This document shows positions 27,679 to 32,000 of a stretch of 32,000 bases of DNA, one piece after another (the stretch's first letter is position 1; the number at the start of each line of letters is the position of its first letter). The notes beneath the pieces were generated by a model. That model was not told the DNA's origin. It made no database searches and worked only from the letters and a program-made list of their open reading frames with translations. The DNA comes from Rhodobacter capsulatus SB 1003 (GTDB lineage Bacteria > Pseudomonadota > Alphaproteobacteria > Rhodobacterales > Rhodobacteraceae). The stretch lies in NCBI RefSeq assembly GCF_000021865.1, contig NC_014034.1, forward strand, positions 3,390,001-3,422,000. Reading direction: 5' to 3'. A program made the translations under genes and the position numbers.

Positions 27679-28716
27679 ATGACCGAACCCGATCCGACCC
27701 TCCGCCCCGACCGCCTGCCCGAGGACGCCGACCGCGCCCTGCGCCCGCAGGTGCTGGAGGAGTTCATCGGTCAGGCCGAGGCCCGGGCGAACCTGCGCGT
27801 CTTCATCGAAAGCGCGAAGATGCGCGGTCAGGCGATGGATCACACGCTGTTTCACGGCCCGCCCGGTCTGGGCAAGACCACGCTGGCGCAGATCATGGCG
27901 CGGGAACTGGGGGTGAATTTCAAGATGACCTCCGGCCCGGTTCTGGCGCGGGCGGGCGATCTGGCGGCGATCCTGACCAACCTTGAAAACCGCGACGTCC
28001 TTTTCATCGACGAGATCCACCGGATGAACCCGGCGGTCGAGGAGGTGCTTTACCCCGCGATGGAGGATTTCGAGCTCGATCTGGTGATCGGTGAAGGCCC
28101 GGCCGCGCGCACCGTGCGCATCGAGCTGCAGCCCTTCACCCTGGTCGGCGCCACGACGCGGCTGGGCCTGCTCACCACGCCGCTGCGCGACCGCTTCGGC
28201 ATTCCGACCCGGCTGCAATTTTACACCGAGGACGAGCTGGACCTGATCGTCAGCCGCGGCGCCCGGCTTCTGGGCATTCCCGCCGATCCGGATGGCACGC
28301 GCGAGATCGCCAAGCGCGCCCGCGGCACGCCGCGGATTGCCGGGCGGCTTTTGCGCCGCGTCGTCGATTTCGCGCTGGTCGAGGGCGACGGGCGGCTCAC
28401 CCGCAAACTGGCCGACAATGCGCTGACGCGGCTGGGCGTCGATCATCTGGGGCTCGATGGCGCCGACCGGCGCTACATGATGCTGATGGCGGAACATTAC
28501 GGCGGCGGGCCGGTGGGGGTGGAGACGCTGTCCGCCGCGCTGTCGGAAAGCCGCGATGCGCTGGAAGAGGTGATCGAGCCTTACCTTTTACAGCAGGGTC
28601 TCATTCAGCGCACCCCGCGCGGGCGGATGCTGGGGCATCGGGCCTGGCGGCATCTGGGGCTCGAGGCGCCGCAGACGCAAGTTCCGGTCCAGACCGACCT
28701 TTTCGACGCGGGCTGA
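27679..28716 (+). CDS. ruvB: Holliday junction ATP-dependent DNA helicase RuvB
   Basis: Walker [12 protein letters not shown], Walker B LFIDEIHR and sensor/arginine finger regions. RuvB-like over its full length. Confidence 0.96.
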   Translation: MTEPDPTLRPDRLPEDADRALRPQVLEEFIGQAEARANLRVFIESAKMRGQAMDHTLFHGPPGLGKTTLAQIMARELGVNFKMTSGPVLARAGDLAAILTNLENRDVLFIDEIHRMNPAVEEVLYPAMEDFELDLVIGEGPAARTVRIELQPFTLVGATTRLGLLTTPLRDRFGIPTRLQFYTEDELDLIVSRGARLLGIPADPDGTREIAKRARGTPRIAGRLLRRVVDFALVEGDGRLTRKLADNALTRLGVDHLGLDGADRRYMMLMAEHYGGGPVGVETLSAALSESRDALEEVIEPYLLQQGLIQRTPRGRMLGHRAWRHLGLEAPQTQVPVQTDLFDAG

Positions 28717-28751
28717 CTGGACGTGCCGCGGTGGCGGTGTATCCTTGGCCC

Positions 28752-29162
28752 ATGTCCACGCCCCTGCCCCCCCGTTTTCCCGTCACCGAGGCCCAGATCG
28801 AGGCCGTGGTGGCCGAGTTCTATGCCCGCGTCCGCGCCCATCCCGAACTTGCGCCGATCTTTGCCGCGCATGTGACCGACTGGGCGCATCACGAGGCGAA
28901 GATCGCCCGGTTCTGGAAGGGCTCGATCCTGCACATGCAGGGCTACGAGGGCAGCCCGATGATCTCGCATCGCCGCGCGGGGGATGTCGAGGGGGCGCAT
29001 TTCCCGCTGTGGCTGGCGACCTTTGATGCGGTGCTGCACGATCTGCTGGACCCGCAGGCGGCGGCGGGCTGGTCGGCCTTGGCGCATCGGATCGGCAAGG
29101 GGCTGCGAATGGGGGTCGAGGATGTGGGGCGCCCGCCCGATGCGGTGCCCAATCTGCGCTGA
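28752..29162 (+). CDS. Group III truncated haemoglobin-like globin
   Basis: The pattern EFYARVRAHPELAPIF...W.HHEAKIARFW...G.P...H...FPLWLATFD resembles Campylobacter Ctb-type trHb. The start could be ATG 28752 or GTG 28731, and neither has a strong RBS. Confidence 0.75.
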   Translation: MSTPLPPRFPVTEAQIEAVVAEFYARVRAHPELAPIFAAHVTDWAHHEAKIARFWKGSILHMQGYEGSPMISHRRAGDVEGAHFPLWLATFDAVLHDLLDPQAAAGWSALAHRIGKGLRMGVEDVGRPPDAVPNLR

Positions 29163-29185
29163 GGCCCCCTGCCCGGCCGGGGAAA

Positions 29186-29209
29186 GGGCGTATTTGGACC
29201 AAGAAAAAG
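29186..29209. repeat. Single arm of the intergenic repeat (copy D)
   Basis: gggcgtatttggaccaagaaaaag matches the copy-B arm subtype (GCGTATTT-N4-CAAGAAGAAA). It lies between the convergent globin and ycjF genes. Confidence 0.65.
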
Positions 29210-29217
29210 CCGAAAGC

Positions 29218-30222
29218 TCAGTCTTCGTCTTTCGATCTGGTGAAGACGCCTTTCAGCGCGCCGCCGGTCAGTTGCGTGACTTTCGGGCGGGGCAGGGCCG
29301 CGAAGGGCATCGGCCGGCAGACCTCCATCGCGGCAATGCCGACGCGGGCGGTCAGCGCGCCGTTGATCACGCCTTCCCCGAAGCGGCGCGAGATTTTCGC
29401 GGCCAGATGGCCCCCGGTCATCGTCTCGATCAGATCATCGCCCGCCGAGACCGCGCCGGTGGCGATCACATGCGTCATCACCGTGCGGGCGAGCCGCAGC
29501 GCGCCAAGGCTGCCCGCGCGGCCGCCGTAAATCTCGGCGACGCCGCGGATCATCCGCAGGTTCGCAATCAGCGCGGTGGCCACATCGGCGAGCGCCAGCG
29601 GCACCAGCGCCGTCACCGTCGCCACCGTGCGCGCGGCCGCCTCGATCTCCAGCCTTGCGGCGGCATCGAGCGGCGCCATGAGTTCCGTTTCGGTCAGCCG
29701 CAGCAGGGTTTGCGTGTCAAGCTGCTCGGGCGCGCGCTCGCGCAGGCGGGCAAGCGACCATTTCATCTCGGGCCGGGCGGAATAGAGCTTCGCCATCCGG
29801 TCCACCGCCTTGCGCGCGGCGCGCAGATCGTCGCGATGGCCCGCCTCGATCACCTCCTGATGCAGCTTGTCGAGACGGCCAAGCTTGGCGAAGGCCGTCA
29901 GCTCGCGCAGACCGACCAGAGCGCAGGCGATCAGGAACAGGATCAAAAGCCCCGTCGCCACCCAGCCCAGCATGGGATTGGCGGCGAAGAGCCCGGTGAC
30001 AAAGTTCCAAAGCGCGACCGTGATCAGAAAGCCCACCAGCGCCCCGGTCGCCTGCCAGAAGAACCGTGTCAGGCGGGACCGCGGTCTTGCGGCCAGTTTC
30101 GCCGCGATCTGCATGGCGCGGCCCTGCGGCGGCGCATCGAAGGCGGGTTGGTCGATCACCGGCGGCGCCTCGGCGGGCGAGGCGGGCGGGGCGTCCAGTT
30201 CCAGAATGACAGGTCGTTTCAC
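29218..30222 (-). CDS. ycjF: YcjF-family (UPF0283) inner-membrane protein
   Basis: Central TM pair and a conserved C-terminal ALTARVGIAAMEVCRPMPF (E. coli YcjF has LLTARLGIKAMELCRPLP). The GTG start at 30222 overlaps the ycjX stop (GTGA). Confidence 0.85.
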   Translation of the reverse strand: MKRPVILELDAPPASPAEAPPVIDQPAFDAPPQGRAMQIAAKLAARPRSRLTRFFWQATGALVGFLITVALWNFVTGLFAANPMLGWVATGLLILFLIACALVGLRELTAFAKLGRLDKLHQEVIEAGHRDDLRAARKAVDRMAKLYSARPEMKWSLARLRERAPEQLDTQTLLRLTETELMAPLDAAARLEIEAAARTVATVTALVPLALADVATALIANLRMIRGVAEIYGGRAGSLGALRLARTVMTHVIATGAVSAGDDLIETMTGGHLAAKISRRFGEGVINGALTARVGIAAMEVCRPMPFAALPRPKVTQLTGGALKGVFTRSKDED

Positions 30223-31715
30223 AGCTTGTCCCCGATCAGGAATTCGGCGGCGCGGTCGATGCGGATATGCGGCGGGCCCTCGCCCGGGCGCAGCACGCCG
30301 GGCGCGGGCGCAAAGTTCATCAGGCCGAAATCGGCATCCAGCCACTCCTCGGCGCCGTCGCGGGCGGGGGTGAGGAGTTCCGCGGGATCGGCGGGCAGCT
30401 CGCCCGGATACAGCGCGACCGAGCGGCCATCGGCGAGCCGCCCCCGCACCGCGGGCAGGTCTTCGCCGGAATGGGGAATGATGTCTTCGGTCGTCGTGCG
30501 CAAGCTGGCCAGCGACATCGCCGCGGTTTCCGCCCCGGCAAAACTGGCCCGGTCCTTGGCCTCGCGCAAAAGCGCCTCGGTGATCGCGGTCAGTTTCGCA
30601 TGCTGGATGTGGTGCAGATGGTCGGCCTTGGTCGCGGCAAAAAGGATGCGTTCCACCCGTTTCGCGCCCAAAAGCGTCAAGAGGAACCCGGGCACGCCGG
30701 GGCGGAAGGCCGTCAGGATCGCCGCCATCGACTGGCGCAGATCTTCCAGCGCGGCAGGCCCGGCATGGATGGCGCCCAAGACATCGACCAGCACCACCTG
30801 CCGGTCGATCCGAGCGAAGTGGTCGCGAAAGAAGGGCTTCACCACCTCGCGCTTGTAGGCGTCAAAGCGGCGTTCCATCTCGCGCCCCAAAGAGTCGCGC
30901 GGATAGCTGGCGGGCGGGATCGGCGCGAAGGTCAGAACGGGCGAGCCCGCCATTTCCCCCGGCAACAGGAACCGCCCCGGCGAGCAATCGGAAAACCCCG
31001 CCTCGCGCGCGGCGATCAGATGCTCGGTGAAGCTCTCCGCCAGCGCCTTGGCCGCGGTTTCCGAAAACCTTGCGTAAAGGTCGATCTCGTCCAGCGTTTG
31101 CAGGAAGGCATCCGAGCCCGGGCGGCCGGGCAGACGGTCAAGGACGCCCGCCGACCAGTCCTCGAAGCTTTTCTCGATCAGGCCAAGGTCCAGCAGCCAT
31201 TCGCCGGGATAATCCACGATATCCAGATGCACGGTGCGGGGCTTGTAAAGCGCACCCAGCATCCCCGAGGGCTGCAGCCGGAAGCTGAGCCGCAGTTCGG
31301 AAACCGCCCGCGTGCCCTCGGGCCAGGCGGGCGCGGGGCCGGTCATGCAGGCGAGATGGTGTTCGTAATCGAACCGCGGCACGGTGTCGTCGGGCTGCGG
31401 CTTGAGATAGGCGGCGCGGATCCGCCCGGCCCCGGTCAGCGCGGGCATCCGGCCGCGGTCGAGCAGATTGGCGACCAGCGAGGTGATGAAAACCGTCTTG
31501 CCCGCCCGCGAAAGCCCGGTGACCCCAAGCCGGATCACCGGCTCGAACAGGGCTTCGGAAACCGAGGAGCCAAGCCCCTCGATGCTGCGGCCGATGTCCT
31601 CGGCAAGGTCGGTGATGCCCACTGCGCTGCCTTTCCCGGTCATTCTTGTCATGGCGAAGATAGGCATAGCGGCCGCCGATTCACAGAGGGGAAAGCAGCG
31701 CACCCCCGGGGGCAT
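30219..31715 (-). CDS. ycjX: YcjX-like P-loop NTPase
   Basis: [24 protein letters not shown] matches the E. coli YcjX N-terminal P-loop region, and the protein is family-like throughout. The start is ambiguous: 31715, or internal ATGs at 31667, 31652 and 31643. None has a clear RBS. Confidence 0.88.
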   Translation of the reverse strand: MPPGVRCFPLCESAAAMPIFAMTRMTGKGSAVGITDLAEDIGRSIEGLGSSVSEALFEPVIRLGVTGLSRAGKTVFITSLVANLLDRGRMPALTGAGRIRAAYLKPQPDDTVPRFDYEHHLACMTGPAPAWPEGTRAVSELRLSFRLQPSGMLGALYKPRTVHLDIVDYPGEWLLDLGLIEKSFEDWSAGVLDRLPGRPGSDAFLQTLDEIDLYARFSETAAKALAESFTEHLIAAREAGFSDCSPGRFLLPGEMAGSPVLTFAPIPPASYPRDSLGREMERRFDAYKREVVKPFFRDHFARIDRQVVLVDVLGAIHAGPAALEDLRQSMAAILTAFRPGVPGFLLTLLGAKRVERILFAATKADHLHHIQHAKLTAITEALLREAKDRASFAGAETAAMSLASLRTTTEDIIPHSGEDLPAVRGRLADGRSVALYPGELPADPAELLTPARDGAEEWLDADFGLMNFAPAPGVLRPGEGPPHIRIDRAAEFLIGDKL

Positions 31716-31749
31716 TGCGCAAAGCCAAAAGCCGCGCTATCGCCGGGAC

Positions 31750-32000
31750 ATGCCCAGATTTGCCTTCAGGATCGAATATGACGGCGGCCCCTTTGCCGGG
31801 TGGCAAAGGCAGGCCGTCCTGCCCTCGGTGCAGGGCGCGGTGGAGGCGGCGCTGGCCCGGCTTGAACCCGGAGAGCACACGATTGCCGCGGCCGGGCGGA
31901 CCGATGCCGGGGTGCATGCGACGGCGCAGGTCGCCCATGCCGATCTGGCGAAGGACTGGGACCCGTTCCGGCTCTCCGAGGCGCTCAACCACCATCTGCG
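31750..32000 (+). CDS. truA: tRNA pseudouridine synthase A, N-terminal part (3' end lies outside the window)
   Basis: My own translation from ATG 31750 gives [21 protein letters not shown]...[17 protein letters not shown], which contains the catalytic-Asp motif GRTDAGVHA. The frame stays open to the window edge and is not in the supplied ORF track. Confidence 0.88.
   Translation, partial: MPRFAFRIEYDGGPFAGWQRQAVLPSVQGAVEAALARLEPGEHTIAAAGRTDAGVHATAQVAHADLAKDWDPFRLSEALNHHL

Overview
This is a GC-rich, densely coding stretch of core chromosome from an alphaproteobacterium. The gene content looks Rhodobacterales-like: pcs, DUF1127, and tol-pal fused to tilS-ftsH. I can support 31 protein-coding genes. 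I see no rRNA, tRNA, CRISPR array, transposase, IS element or prophage signature. Gene order: RTX-type Ca-binding protein (5'-truncated, +); then a 13-kb co-directional minus-strand array glpD-glpK-unknown-ybgC-tolQ-tolR-tolA-tolB-pal-cpoB-tilS-ftsH, with several overlapping stop/start codons; ileS (+); DMT transporter (+); pcs (-); EF-hand protein (-); xerC (-); DUF484 (-); short transaldolase (-); priA (+); prmA (+); small membrane protein (+); DUF1127 (-); ruvC-ruvA-ruvB (+); group III truncated haemoglobin (+); ycjF (-); ycjX (-); truA (3'-truncated, +). Most other six-frame ORFs are GC-driven shadow ORFs opposite these genes. I could not substantiate a novel multi-gene system such as a defence island or mobile element. 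The features not explained by ordinary annotation are: (1) an intergenic palindromic repeat family (G-[AT]-TATTT-N4-CAAGA-N-GAAA arms, usually beside GGGGGC/GCCCCC hairpins) with six clear arms in four spacers, one of them inside the ruvA-ruvB junction; (2) an unrecognised 217-aa protein translationally coupled to ybgC at the head of the tol-pal cluster; (3) a perfect TTAA-N7-TTAA (CtrA-type) box upstream of DUF484-xerC; (4) an unusually long, structured 338-nt spacer between DUF1127 and ruvC, with an orphan terminator-like hairpin and an SOS-box-like motif; (5) the poorly understood ycjX-ycjF pair; and (6) a Ser/Pro-rich EF-hand protein. All regulatory calls come from motif reading only and need experimental or comparative confirmation.
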